NCBI GenBank assembly: GCA_030390025.1
Contig: JASTWF010000341.1
Location: forward strand, 312,001 to 376,000
DNA: 64,000 bases
Source: Squalus acanthias
Taxonomy: Eukaryota
Direction of reading: 5' to 3'
Below are positions 1-14,076 of this stretch, in pieces. The notes beneath the pieces were generated by a model. It did not search any database. It saw only the letters and a list, made by a program, of their open reading frames with translations, and had not been told where the DNA came from. A program made the translations under genes and the position numbers. The stretch's first letter is position 1. Each line of letters starts with the position of its first letter.

Positions 1-3000
1 CAAAGTAAATATAAACTAAGTTTGTAACACAGAAGTCACTGGTGGAATTGGATACATTTTATATACAACTCCACAAAAATGATGCAATGAGTACAAGATG
101 GAAAAGAATGTTTTTGAAAAAGTAAATCTGATAGGAGGATGGGCTGACAGAACCCACTACCTTGAATTATTGCTGAGTCTGGCACATAATACCTAGGTTA
201 ACTGTCCTGATATTTGACATAGTGGTCAAAAACGAGACGGAAAATTTCCGCCCCCCAACCATTTATTTAAGTGCCATGATGAGTAATAGCAACATTTTAC
301 TAGAGTATTTCTAGGGAACTTTAGTGGTGCCCAATACTGTGCAAACTACAATTCTTTTAATTCACTTCCATTTACCATGGAAAAGCAGTAAAAATCTGCT
401 TAAAAATTGAAAATTCTCATTGCTGTATTTATGAAATTGCTATTATAATCCCCACCATTTATAGCGGGCGCATTAGTGTTTAAGCGATTTGCCCATTTTC
501 GGCAGTGGATGGTATAACAAGTAGTAGGAAGGTAGGAAGCAGCCGTGCAACTAATTGCACCGGTCCTCTGACTAACAGCTGGGGGAAGAGTGCTAATTAT
601 ATTCAACTTAATGCCACAGTCCTATTGAATTTTGCTATAAAAATGAACAGGAATTTCAGTAAGACCACTGAATGTTTTCATTTGCCAGGCGCTTGTTAAT
701 TAATTTTTTAATGCACTTCTGCTTGCTTACCACCTTAAATTTCCCCGCTCCTGACTTCAAATGTGCAACTGTAGGAACTGTACGACCAAGAGTACCATTA
801 AAGTTCTACTTTAATGGAGCTATTTCACTGCATGGAAGCTCATGGAAATGACCCTTTTATCCAACCGGAAAGGACCGAAGTGGCAGAGCAAGAAAGGAAA
901 ATGACGTGACAAAGTGCGCCTGAAATTGTCGGCACGCTTAATGTGTTTTTGCGGCACCTTTGTACTTGACTTCAGTGGTAACGGCAAATGGTCAGCGGCT
1001 GCCCGTGAGAAGCGTGGACGGTGTAAGTGGTGTGGACTGTATTCAAAAGGTACCAAGTGGAAGATCTTCGCAGTTTAAATATCAGCATTCAACAGTAATT
1101 GCAATTGCCAATTAAAATTTATTTGAAAAAATGTTATATTTGTGTTTTCTATTAAACTAACATATTCAAATGCTACAGTATCTTGTACAGTTTACACTGT
1201 AAAATTGCAAAACACCATTAATTGGAAAAGTGCTCTTTGACCAATATTACAATATCAATTCAAGACCAACATTCCACTTTGCCAGGCACAACAGACCTAC
1301 TTTTTTGTAGCTTGCTCTGACTGACGAAAGCAGATAGGACTTGCAGACAGCATCAAAACCTTAACTGACCAAATCTTAATGGAGCTGTGTGATATTTGTA
1401 CCACAAGGGACAAGAGGCCAGGCTTTGCCCTAGTGCAGCCATATCGGAATTTCTCACCACAATGTACATCTGAATAAATTTAACAAAAGTCTCCCTATAA
1501 GATGATGGGAAAAGATGCAGCAGGCCAGTTTTTTTTATCTACTGTTTGATCACATCCTTGACAGTGTTGGATGCTGAATCTATGGAATAATGCACAAAGG
1601 TTTCTGGCCTTGATGGCGTTTAATGCTAAACTACTTTCGACAATCAACTAATGACAAGCACACTGCCGTCTGATGCCAGTCATTCACAAACATCTTGGCC
1701 TGTGGTTACCGTTGCAGTGGCTGAGTGAGAGGTCAAAGAGCAAGCACAAAAAAAGACAGCGGTGAAGGGCAACTGTCATGCACCAGTGCATACTGTGAGG
1801 CAGTGAGGAGTGGTTGTCTTCTACAGAACATGCAAAGTGCTCACATTCTGTCTGGGCAGACACATCTGAAAGTCCTAAATGAGACCGTTGCCAATTCATG
1901 AAATACAAAACTGACAATCTGACTCTTCTGCTGTCTTGTTGAAATTTGATTTGTTTTTCCATTTCAAATCACAAATGTATGCAAAGCACAGACCCACTCT
2001 ACTGTATGTAACAGCAGCATTTTAAAGCAAGTTTTAGTTTTAAAAAATGAAACATGAAAAAGAAACAGTATCCTTCACATTTTTTAAAAGCCCAATCCTT
2101 TTAATAATACAGTGGGAAACTCAACAAATCTTTTTAATTCCACTGCTGTCAAGTAATAATAGAGCATTAATTAAATTTTTAATCATAGGATACGCTAATA
2201 CCAAATGAACCCAATGGGAATATAAAGAGCTATTTGCGGGGTCAACCATGGTACAGACAGATACTGAAGGATTTCTGATATTGATGGCAAGGTAGAAAGA
2301 AATTACCAAATATACCAGATCAATACCTAGTTTCAGTGTTACAGCCGTCCCCAGACATAAAATATATCTCTTTACTGCTACAAAAATGGTGATAATGAAA
2401 GTGCAAGATAAATGTTTCCCTCAAGGTAAACTATTTGATTAGCTAAGGGCAGAGGTGATAACAGCAGAGTTGGAGAAACTTCACAACCTAAAATAAATAG
2501 TTAGGTTAGGCTACAAAGGCCAACATTGGCATACAACGGTCATGTTACTACTGTAAGTGAGTACAGTATTTGTGGTGGACACAGCAAGTCCATTGGCATT
2601 GGTAAATAAATTGGCAGTATTTTACAACAAAGCTGACACTTCAAATATAAAGGTCCTTCTTTTTGCTGTGAATCAGTAGAGTGTAATACTAAGACTCAGA
2701 GAAGCAAGGCAGTGATAGCACAACTCCTAATTAAGCTAGATATCTATTTGGAGCAGAGACACAACCTTGGGTTATAGCAAAGCAAAACATATTGGACATT
2801 CAACAGAGTGAAAAACACACTAATGAATTATCAGCCAGAAAGCTTGAAATCATTAAGAAGCAACCTCATGGCCAATATTCACTAGTCAGTGAAAGGCTCA
2901 GCATTTCCGTAGACTTGACTTTCAGTTATAACAAGTCATTTTACAGGGGATTAGTATCTTGATGATTGGATCAATACTTGGTACTCGTTCTATTACATAT

Positions 3001-4350
3001 GAGAAGAAAATTGTCCCCCCTAGTAATGAAGTATTTGGTTTGGTTCTACTTCATTTGCTGCATTCATTAGTGTAATGGTGCTAAAATTATTGGCCAAAGT
3101 AATTTTAGCAACAGGGATCTGATACAATTAAAAGGACAGAACATGCTCGTCATTCTTTAGTGAGTTTCTACCTGCATATGCCCCTGTGCACTGATTTTTG
3201 TTATTTAGACTGCTGTATGTGAGCAGTGACTACTATTTCTCAATTATTGGGCCATTAATATTGTTCACAGCCAATATTGTGACTGAACCATACATATTGC
3301 TGCTGGCATGTGCCCTTGCTGATTTTGCTAAACACTGAACTCCCTTTGCTTAAATAACAGACAACATGCACACATTATGGTCCATAAATCTTAATGTTTA
3401 TTGTAAATACTTGCAAAATATTTTGATTGTAAATTACTATCCTTAAAAATTTTGCAGAATAGATCATTTGCAGAACAGCATCTCGCCTTTATTTAAAAAC
3501 AAATGGAGTAAAAATTATACATTTAGCCTAGTTTTTCAGCAAGTATGTTAATATGTGAAGGCATACATTAAAATGTCTGCCCAAGAGCTACATACTGTAG
3601 CAATAGTTGGTTCTGTTATAATGTAGAAGGACACTAAACATCAAGAATCAAATAATTCTTTTAACATCTTTAATGTATTATTTATATAATTCATTTCTCG
3701 TGCTATGGTAGATTATTTTTGGTGGCTTATAACAAAGTACAGTAGACAGTGCAGATCAATTACTTTGGTGAAAAAGATTTCCTGTCCAGTGTGTGCTTAG
3801 ATTTAGTACATTGCTTGATAAAAACCAAATAATTATGATTGGAAAAAGTCTGGTGTTATTATAATTGATTTTCTTCTGAGTGCATTAGTCTATTTATTAG
3901 TGTTGAAAGTACTGTACTCAATCAAATCAATGAAATCTTCAAACAGACCTAGGAGAATAAATGTTCTCAGCAGGGATATTTGACAATCCAACAAATACTA
4001 TAAGGATTATGTTATGCTACAAGCTGTTATGTAGAAGGAAAAGTGCAGAGAAACTAAATTTCAATAAAGTATTGTATGTGAAATTTTCACCTAATCGTCC
4101 AGATATATTTTTTTGAATCTATGAAACCAGCTTAGAAACACAAGGATGATGCTAGGACAGTAAACTATTCAGATATAAACTTTGCTATACAGGGTGAATT
4201 ATTCAGAGGGGTGATGATAATAGGAGATGAGGAGAAAGACAAATGTGATGTAGCCAAGAAACAAAAACAGAAAAGACTAAAAGAAAGTGAAGTGTGGATC
4301 ACACGTTTTCTAATGGAGTCCCCAGACCCTAAAGGGCTGCAAGTAGATTC

Positions 4351-7300
4351 CAACAACAACTAGTATTTATATAGCGCCTTTAACGCAGTAAAATGTCCCA
4401 AGGCGCTTCACAGGAGTATTATAAGACACAAAAAAAAATTTGATACCGAGACACATAAGGAGAAACTAGTGCAGGTGACCAAAAACTTGGTCAAAGAGTT
4501 AGGTTTTAAGGAACATCTTAAAGGAGGAAAGAGAGGTAGAGAGGCGGAGAGGTTTAGACAGGGAATTCCAGAGCTTAGGCCTAGGCAACAGAAGGCACGG
4601 CCACCAATGGTTCAGCGATTATAATCAGGGATGCTCAAGCGGGCAGAATTAGAGGAGCGTAGATATTACGGGGGATTGCGGGGTTGGAGGAGATTACAGA
4701 GATGGGGAGGGGTGAGGCCATGGAGGGATCTGAAAACAAGGATGAGAATTTTGAAATTGAGGCATTGCTTAACTGGGAGCCAATGTACGTCAGCGAGCAC
4801 AGGGGTGATGGGTGAACGGGACTTGGTGCGAGTTAGGACACGGGCAGCCGAGTTTTGGATGACCTCAAGTTTACGTAGAGTAGAATGTGGGAGGCCAGCC
4901 AGGAGTGCGCTGGAATAATCAAGTCTAGAGGTAACAAAGGCATGGATGAGGGTTTCAGCAGCGGATGATGAGCTGAGGCAAGGGCAGCGACGGGCGATAT
5001 TACGGAGGTGGAAATAGGCGGTCTTAGTTATGCCGGGGATATGTGGTCGGAAGCTCATTTCAGGGTCAAATATGACACCAAGGTTACAAACAGTGTGGTT
5101 CAGCCTCAGACAGATGTTAGGGAGAGGGATGGAGTCAGTGGCTAGGGAACAGAGTTTGTGGCGGGGACCAAAAACAATGGCTTCAGTCATCCCAATATTT
5201 AATTGGAGAAAATTTCTGCTCATCCAGAACTGGATGTCGGACAAGCAGTCTGAAATTTAGAGACCGTGGGGAAGTCGAGAGAAGTGGTAGTGAGGTACAG
5301 CTGGGTGTCATCAGCATACATGTGGAAACTGATGCTGTGTCTTCAGATGATGTCGCCAAGAAGCAGCATGTAGATGAGAAATAGGAGGAAGCCAAGGATA
5401 GATCCTTGGGGGACACCAGAGGTAACTATGCGGGAGCAGGAAAGAAGCCGTTGCAAATGATTCTCTGGCTACGATTAGATAGATAAGAATGGAACCAGGC
5501 GAGTGCAGTCCCACCCAGCTGAACGACAGTGGAGAGGCGTTGGAGGAGAATGGAGTGGTCAAACATGTCAAAGGCTGCAGACAAGTCAAGAAGGACGAGG
5601 AGGGATAGTTTACCTTTGTCACAGTCACAAAGGATGTCATTTGTGACTTTGATAGAGCCGTTTCGGTACTGTGGCAGGGGCGGAAACCTGATTGGAGGGA
5701 TTCAAACATGGAGTTGCGGGAAAGATGGGCATGGATTTGGGAGGCGACAACACGTTCAAGGACTTTGGAGAGGAAAGGGAGGTTGGAGATGGGGCGGTAG
5801 TTTACAAGGACGGAGGGGTCAAGGGTTGGTTTTTTGAGGAGAGGTGTGATAACAGCAGATTTGAGGGAGAGGGGGACAGTATCTGAGGAGCAAGAACCGT
5901 TAACAGTGTCAGCTAACATGGGTGCCAGAAAAAGAAATTGGGTGGTCAGCAGTTTGGTGGGAATAGGGTCGAGGGACCAGCAAGTAGGTCTCATGGACAT
6001 GATGAGCGTGGAGTGGTCATGAGGGGAGATCGGAGAGAAACTGAGAGAAAGATGTGAGTTCAGGGCTAGGGCAGGGGGGAACCTTAGAGGAAGTTTGACC
6101 CAGTGGGCTAGGGGAAGGAAGGGAAGTGGCAGAGGCAGCTGAACGGATGGTCTCAATCTTCGAAACAAAGAAGTCCATGAGCTCCTCACACTTGTTGTCG
6201 GAGGTGAGGGGGGAGAAGACACGGGAGAGGGGTTTAAGAAGACAGTTAGCAGTGGAGAATAGAAGCCGGGGTATATCTTTGCATTCCAGAATGATTCTGG
6301 AATAGTGAGCAATTTTGGCGGACGAAAGCAGGACCCGATAATGCTATTAGTGGTCCAGCCAGATCTGGCGGTGAATGGCTAAACTAGTTTCCTGCCATAT
6401 CCGTTCAAGTCTGCATCCCTTGGACTTAAGGGGGCGAGGATGAGGGCCGTACCAGGGAGAACGGTCAGGGTAAGAGAAAGTTATTGTTTTAATAGGGACT
6501 AGGGCATCAAAGGTGGTGGTGAGGGTGTGGTTGAGCTGCAAAAATGTCGTGGTGAATGGAGGGCCAAAGGCTGGACAGTTGGGATTTCATAAGTGCAGTT
6601 GTAAGAGAGTTGGGAGAGAGTTTTTTCCAGGGGCGGACACAGAGGCAGTAGGGTAGTGGGTGGAGAGCGATACGAGGAAGTGTTCAGAGATGGCCTTATC
6701 TGCGATTGACACGATGGGAGTAGCGAGACCACGAGAGATGGCAAGGTCGAGGGGGTGGCCGTGAATATGGGTTGGGGAGTTCACATGGAGGGAAGAGATT
6801 AAGGGAGGATAGGAGGCTCGTGAACTCAGAGGAGAGAGAGCATGATGAATTGAGATGGAGGTTGAAATCACAGAGGATGAGAAGTCGTTCAGTGCAGAGG
6901 CTGAGGGAGGAAAGCACTGAAGATATCTCAGTAATAAAATGTTTATGGTACTTGGGTGGGCGGTAGAGAACGAGAATTTTAAATGAGTGGTGAGAGGGGT
7001 GGAATAAGGCGAGATGCTCAAAGGAGGAGAAAGTGCCGGAGAAGTAGGGGGACAGACCAAGGTGGGATTCGGTGATGAGAGCCACACCGCCACCAATCTG
7101 AGCGGGGCAAGTGGTGGAAGGGATAGCCAGGTGGGGAGGCTTTATTTAAGGGTAAGTGGTCATCACCCCTCAACCAAGTTTCCGTCAGGGCCATGATGTC
7201 GATGCAATCATCCACGATAAGCTCATGGATGGCAAGGGCCCTGTTCGCAAGTGAACGGACACTCTGGAGGAAGAGTCAGTGATGGCTGACCCACTGCCAG

Positions 7301-8330
7301 CAGCCACAGGGTCAGCGCTGGGGGGGAGGGGCGGGGGGTGAGTTGGATGGGGAGGAGATTGGCAAGATTAGCTCCCAGTGGGCGCATTGGGCGGGAAAGT
7401 CGGCAAGAGAGTAGGATGGGACAGTTGGGGTTGCTGCTCGTAAGGAGGCAGCAACGAGTGCCTCGATGGACCCTTCATAGGATGCCAAGAGAGGCACAGA
7501 GGGAAGATGTAGGCTTACCTAAGAGGGAGTCAAGCCTGCCTCAGACAGCGGCAAGAGAATAGGAAGGTCGAAGAGTAATGAAGGATTGGGGTAGGGATTT
7601 GGGAGGGCAGAGTATCCGAGAGAGGAGAGATGAAAGTAGGCATGATGACAGGAGGGAGCAGTCAGGGAGGGATAGAAAGAAAAGGAAAAGGGGGAGAAAA
7701 AGTATAAAAGTATTGAATGGCTTGGGTCCAGAGCGGCAGCCAAAGTGCACACGCGAATGAACACAGGGAAAAGCTCAGGTTACATAGGCCTGGTTAAATG
7801 TAGTAATTAAAGCGATACATATTTCCTGGTAGCAGGGAATAGGTTGGAGACAATAGTAGGGAGATCAGGTTCAAAGTCAGAGGTCCCATGGAAGGACAAA
7901 GCTGAAGTAAGCAGGATGGAGCCGGCACGGAGCATCGACGAACCGCTGTCCAAAGCAGGCAAGTGAAGTCCAGAAGCTATTTGAAGGGTAGAGAGTTCGA
8001 GGATGGAGATTGTTGCCGTAGGAATGAGAGTCGGTAGCGTTGCAGAAAGATGGCGGCGAAATTGGCGCAAGTTGGAGGTCACCGTAGATCAAAGTGGCGG
8101 GGAAAAAGCAAAACCACAAGGCAGCGACCAGCAAAGCTGAAAACCGGTAAAAGAAGTGAAACAGCAGCTGCTAGCTAGAAGACAACAGAGCTGAAAAAAC
8201 AGTAGAACCAGTTCAGCAGAGACACAGCCACAGTTTAAAAGTTAAAAAATCTTTTAACAGCAGAGATAGACACAGCAGGTAAGTCTTACAGTGTAATCCA
8301 GTGCAGAAACGTAGTGGTGTAATCCAGTGT
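4351..8330 (-). mobile_element. L2-clade LINE, near full length, frameshifted (APE endonuclease + RT)
   Basis: 3' tail (revcomp AAAGGCGCTATATAAATACTAGTTGTTGTTG) at 4351. ORF fragments: ALTETWL, LVLYRPP, DFNLH, GHPLDL (endonuclease); [43 protein letters not shown] (L2 RT/C-terminus). The 5' boundary is approximate. Confidence 0.92.
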
Positions 8331-8559
8331 AGTTCAAAGCAGAAAGAAGTCTAGATGTCCAGAGAAGTCCAGGGAATCGGAAACCAATTTGAGAAAAGAA
8401 TTCAGCAGCACAAGACTTGAAGCGGCTGAAAAGCAGAGCAGAGTCACAGCCGCTGAGTCAAACAATGTGGTCAGTAGAGCAGTGTATTCCTGTTGGTAGA
8501 GGAATCCAGTGATGGAAGTCAAGTTTCAGCAGGGTTCCGGCAGTTGAAAGAACTGTGAG

Positions 8560-10400
8560 AACAACCACTCTAAGGTTAGTTGCTGATTAATTTCTGGCTC
8601 TGTGTAAGTTTGTGGAACTGTTTGGAGCTTTCCAGAGTTGTTTAAAGTTGGTGAGATAACAGGGAGTGGTGCTGCAAGTGGAGAAGGCCTGGGTTCTGGG
8701 CAGGCCACTTGCTCCCAGTCATGGGTGCAGAAGTTGTCATCCCCCCTTGGCCTGCAGCATGATTGGGAGATGGAACAGAGGCAGCAAAGAAGAGGAACGC
8801 TGCTCGCAGAGGGGGAGGAGGAGGAGGGTAAGAAGGGTTCTCAAGAGGAGACCTTACCCACCTAGAGTCTTCCGAAGGAAATTCTCTGACCTCAGCCTGA
8901 GCCAGCAGCAATGTGTGAGCTTTACAAAGGAGGTGCTCACAGAACTCTGCCACCTCTTGCAACCTGACCTGCAGCCTCACGCCAGGGCAAGGTTAGCGCT
9001 GACAGAGGCTGGGAAGGTGACCGTGGCCCTGAATTTCCTCAGGTCGTTATCCTTCCAGGCTGGAGCAGGCGACATCTATAACATCTCACAGTTCGCCATC
9101 CACTGTTGCATAAGAGAGGTGACAGACGTCTTTATGCCAGGAGAGGGGATTTCATTGTCTTCTCTCTGACCAGAGAGTCTTCTTCATCATCACTCTCCTC
9201 TCCCTCTTCTTTTTGCACCACTGGCTGGCCAGTTTGGATTTCTTGAGTCTCTGAAATGAGAAAGGCACAAGGGTAGGGTTGTGGTGAGGGGCGAGGGAAG
9301 CAAGAGGTGCATGCTTACACCATGTGCAGCTTGTAAATCGTAAGAGATTGTGGGATGAGGGGGAAGTAGGATGTGAGAAGGAGGATTACGTATGAGGATA
9401 CCGTCTTTCAAGTATTCTTTCAGCCCCTCCACTGGCCCTGGGCTCAGCAATGCCCCTCCCAATAATGGCCAGCACCATCTCCTCCATGGGGGTCAGGTTA
9501 TGCAGGCGCACCTGTCCCCCACTGGTTAGGTCTTGCTGGTGCCGGTTGTGAGCCATCTTTTCCTGCAAGAGAAAGTGAAGTGCGTTAGTGAATGAGGTGC
9601 AATGCATTTGGGTGATATGCCTGTCATGGTTGAATAGCTGACAGTGTGTACAGCTGTGAGATGTGGGTGTGAGGCTTACAGCAGTGGTAAGTGTGTGAGG
9701 GTGAGCTGAAGCTATGAGTGTGAGGTGTGAGTCGTGTTTGGTAGAGATTGTTGGTAGATGAGTGATGGTGTGGTGCATCGAGCAGTGTGTGAGGCTAGTG
9801 GTGCAGATGGTGGGATATGGCATTTGAAGATGAATTCACTGACCTTGACCACACATTTGAGGTCATTAACCCTCTTCCTGCACTGCGCCCAGGTCCTCAG
9901 GGGTAAACTGCTGGCATTCACCACGGCGGTTATCTGCTCCCATTGGACTTTACACATTTGCTTGGAGGGCCTCCCGGCCCCCTGTGGAAACAGCACCTCT
10001 CTCTTCGAGTTGACCTCTTGCAGCAAGGCCTCCAGTGCTGCATTGGAGAACCTTGGCGCTGCTCTCTCCCATAATTGTTGTTTTTTCCTCCTTTCACTCT
10101 CTTCCCCAGCCAGTTCAATGAGCTGCTGCAAGCAGAATACTCCTCCCCTTTAAGAGGTGCAGACTGCTTTTAAGAAGTGCAGGCTAGCTTTAATTGGTGC
10201 TAGCCTCGCACAACCTTGGACACCTTGCTGAGCGTTCAGCCACTCAGCAGCGCGTTCAGCACTAGGCTGAACGCCGCAATCATGCTAATCAGCAGGCAGC
10301 ATGAAGTTTATATGCTGCCTGCATTCCTTTTAACGGGCATGGGGTGATCGTGCATCACGATCCCCGTGCCCATTTTTGGGGGCAAACAAATTTTTAGCCC
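8560..10400. mobile_element. PIF/Harbinger DNA transposon, internally deleted (transposase N-terminus on +, spliced Myb/SANT gene on -)
   Basis: + frame 8666-9169 is HARBI1-like (KVTVALNFLRSLSFQAGAGDIYNISQFAIHCCIREVTD). - frame 9712-10131 is Myb/SANT-like (RAAPRFSNAALEALLQEV...WEQITAVVN...RTWAQCRKRVNDLK). Right end AAATTTTTAGCCC at 10400 resembles the other GGG/GGC termini here. Left end not found. Confidence 0.85.
9400..10131 (-). pseudogene. Harbinger Myb/SANT-like accessory protein gene with a 281-nt GT-AG intron (9563-9843)
   Basis: Donor AAG|GTCAGT at 9844/9843 and acceptor TCTCTTGCAG|GAA at 9563/9562 join in phase 0, giving ...DLKCVVK-EKMAHNRHQQDLTSGGQ...LTPMEE, the usual continuation of this domain family. 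Confidence 0.7.
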
Positions 10401-12036
10401 ACTATCTTTAGGACAGGAGGGTGCCTGGGGGTATGTCAATAGTTGCACAATAGTCCCCACACAGAGCAGATTGAATACCCCCTGGTGTAGGTTTGGATGA
10501 CATTGAAAAAAATTAATTTCCTGTGTCACAAGGCTACCTCATCTACAGTACATAATAAATGTGTCCTGCTCTTACTTTTATACATGCAATGTATTTCCAT
10601 TTAGTATTGAACCGTTCAAATATGTACAAGATCAATTTAAAATGATAATTTTAACTGTACTTAAATAATCAATCTTTGTAATATTTGAGATTTAACAGCA
10701 AACAAAGTACACTTAGTCCTGCATTATACTTTGCACGTATACAATGATCGAGAGAATATATTATGTGGGGTACAGAAATACTTTTTATATTTTGGGTCAT
10801 ATTTAGTAAAGCTAACTTCATAAAAATAAAATTTGTAGTACTCAGTACACTTTAGAATAATAGAATTTACCTGCATATTTCATTTAGAATATTTTTTAAG
10901 ATGCAAATCAAGTTATCATCTGTCACTGTACCTTTACCTATCCCTCCCGGTTAGGATGCTCCATGATGGACTGGGTGTGTCCTTTAGCAGCGCCATAGGA
11001 ATGTGAGGCCATGACTTCAAACTGGCCCAGGAGCTGCCCATCACAGGGAATTGATCACTGTATTGGTAGGAGTGACCACCGCACAGGCCTTGTGGAGACA
11101 AAATCCCGTCTAAACACGGAGGACACCCTCCACCATGTTGTGTGGCACTACCACCGCACTAAATGGAACAGATTTAGAACAGATCTAGCAGCTTAAAACT
11201 GGGCATCCATGAGGCACTGTGGACCATCAGCAGCAGTAGAGCAAGCCTACTCTCAATCATCAGCAAAGTGATGGAAGGTGTCGTCGACAGTGCTATCAAG
11301 CGGCACTTACCAATAACCTGTTCACCAATGCTCAGTTTGGGTTCTGTCAGGACCAACTGGCTCCAGACCTCATTACAGCCTTGGGCCAAACATAGATAAA
11401 AGAGCTGAATTCCAGAGGTGAAGTGAGAGTGACTGCCCTTGACATCAAGGCAGCATTTGACTGAGTGTAGCACCAAGGAGCCCTAGTAAAATTGAAGTCA
11501 ATGGGGATCAGGGGCAAAACTCTCCACTGGCTGGAGTCATATCCAGCACAAAGAAAGATGGTTGTGGTTGTTGGAGCCCAATCATCTCCAGGGCATCGCT
11601 GCAGGAGTTCCTGAGTGCAGTGTCCTAGGCAAAACCATCTTCAGCTGCATCATCAAATGACCTTCCCTCCATCATAAGGTCAGAAGTGGGGATGTTCGCT
11701 GATGATTGCAGTGTTCAGTTCCATTCGCAATTCCTCAGATAATGAAGCAGTCCGTGCCCACATGTAGCAAGACCTGAACAACATCCAGGCTTGGGCTGAT
11801 AAGTGGCAAGTAACATTCATGTCATACAAGTGCCAGGCAATGACCATCTACAACAAGAGAGAGACTAACCACCTCCCCATGACATTCAATCGCATTAACA
11901 TCGTCAAATCCCCCACCATCAACATCCTGCGGGTCACCATTGACCAGAAATTAATTGGACCAGCCACATAAATACTGTGGCTACAAAAGCTGGTCAGAGG
12001 CTGGGTATTCTGCAATGAGTGACCGACATCCTGACT

Positions 12037-13785
12037 GACAGGGAACAGGCTTTTTTAGATCTAGTATTGTGCAATAAGAAAGAGTTAATTAATAACCTTG
12101 TAGTAAAGGGGCCTTTAAGGAAGAGTGACCATAATATGATAGAATTTTACATTGAGTTTGAAAGTGATTTAGTTAAATTCGAAACTACGGTCTTAAATCT
12201 AAACAAAGTAAACTACGTCGGTATGAGTGGCGAGTTGGCGAAGGTAGATTGGGAAAATACATTAAAAGGTATGATGGCAGATAAGCAATGGCTAGCATTT
12301 AATGAATTAATACATAATTTACAACAAATATACAAGAAATATACATTCCTTTAAGGCACAAAAACCCCACAGGAAAAGTGGTCCAACCATGCCTAACAAT
12401 AGAAGTTAAAGATAGTATTAGATCAAAGGAAGAGGCTTATAATGTTGCCAAAAAGAGTAGTAAGCCTGAGGATTCGGGGTTTTTAGAATTCAGCAAAGGA
12501 GGATCAAGAAATTGATAAAGAAAGGGAAAATAGATTGAGAGTAAACTAGCGAGAGACATAAAAACAAACTGTAAAACTAAAAAGATTAGCGAAAGTAAAT
12601 GTGGGCCCCTTACAGGCTGAGACAGGAGAAATTATAATGGGGAATAAGGAAATGGCAAAGAAATTAAACAATTACTTTGTGTCTGTCTTCACAGAAAACG
12701 ACGCAAAAAACTTCCTGGAAATAGTGGACAACCAAGGCTCTAGCGAGAATGAGGAACTAAAAGAAATTAGTAAAAAAAAAATAGTACTGGAGAAATTAAT
12801 GGAACTAAAAGCAGATAAATCCCCTGGACCTGATGGCCTACATCCTAGGGTTTTGAAAGAGGTGGCTATAGAGATAATGGATGCATTGGTTGCCATCTTC
12901 CAAAATTCCATAGATTCTAGAACGGTTCCCGCAGATTGGAAGGTAGCAAATGTAACCCCACTATTTAAGAAAGGAGGGAGAGAAAACGGGGAGCTACAGA
13001 CCAGTTAGCCTGACATCAGTAGTAGGGAAAATGCTAGAATCTATTAAGGACGTGGTAACAGGGCACTTAGAAAATAATAATAGGATTGGGCAGAGTCAAC
13101 ATGGATTTATGAAAGGGAAATTGTGTTTGACAAATCTGTTAAGAGTTTTTTGAATTTGTAACTAGCAGAATAGATAAGAGGGAGCCAGAGGATGTGGTGT
13201 ATTTGGATTTTCAGAAGGCATTCGATAAGGTGCCACACAAGAGGTTATTAAACAAAATTAGGGCTCATGGGATTGGGGGTAATATACTAGCATGGATTGA
13301 GGATTGGTTAACGGACAGAAAACAGAGAGTCGGAATAAACGGGTCATTTTCGGGTTGGCAGGCTGTAACTAGTGGGGTACCGCAAGGATCAGTGCTTGGG
13401 CCTCAGCTATTCACAATCTGCATCAATGATTTGGATGAGGGGACCAAATGTAATATATCTAAGTTTGCTGATGATACAAAGCTGGGTGGGAATGTAAGTT
13501 GTGAGGAGGATGCAAGGAGGCTTCAAGGGGATATAGACAATTTCTTCACTCAGAGGGTGATGATCTTTGGAATTCTCTCACCCAGAGGGCTGTGGAGGCT
13601 TAGTCGCTGAATATATTCAAGGCAGAGATCGATAGATTTTTGAATATTAAGGGGATCAAGGGATATGGGAATAGTGCAGGAAAGTGGAGATGAGGTAAAC
13701 GATCAGCCATGATCTTACTGAATGGCGGAGCAGGCTCGAAGGGCAAATGGCCTACTCCTGCTCCTATTTCTTATGTTCTTATGTT
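12037..13785 (+). mobile_element. CR1 LINE, 5'-truncated and internally deleted, nested
   Basis: KSPGPDGLHPRVLKE, WKVANVTPLFKKG, YLDFQKAFDKVPH, GVPQGSVLGP, KFADDTK; tail TTCTTATGTTCTTATGTT. Deletion at about 13538 relative to the copy at 54160-59740. Confidence 0.93.
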
Positions 13786-14076
13786 ATTTCCACCACCTAC
13801 AAGGCACAAGTCTTGGCAAGAAGTGTGATGGAATACTCTCCACTTGCCTGGATGAGTGCAGTACCAACAACACTCAAGAAGCTCGACAGGATCCAAGCCA
13901 AAGAAGCCCGCTTGATTGGCACCCCATCCACCACCTGAAACTTTCACTCGCTCCACCACCGGTGCACCATGTCTGCAAATGTGTACCAATTACAAGATGC
14001 ACTGCAGCAACTCGTCAAGGCTTCTTTGACAGCACCTCCACCGCCTAGAAGGATAAGGGCAGCAGGCGCATGGGAA

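Noticed and set aside
220..1060. Possible degenerate MITEs (also about 16190-16830)
   Set aside because: Composition resembles other MITEs, but I could not pair TIRs or find TSDs.
2188..2326. Exon-like segment with open frames on both strands
   Set aside because: Strand, frame and splice sites are ambiguous and no homology was recognised.
7300..8140. 2A-like ribosome-skipping motif upstream of L2 ORF2
   Set aside because: No DxExNPGP found in the provided translations.
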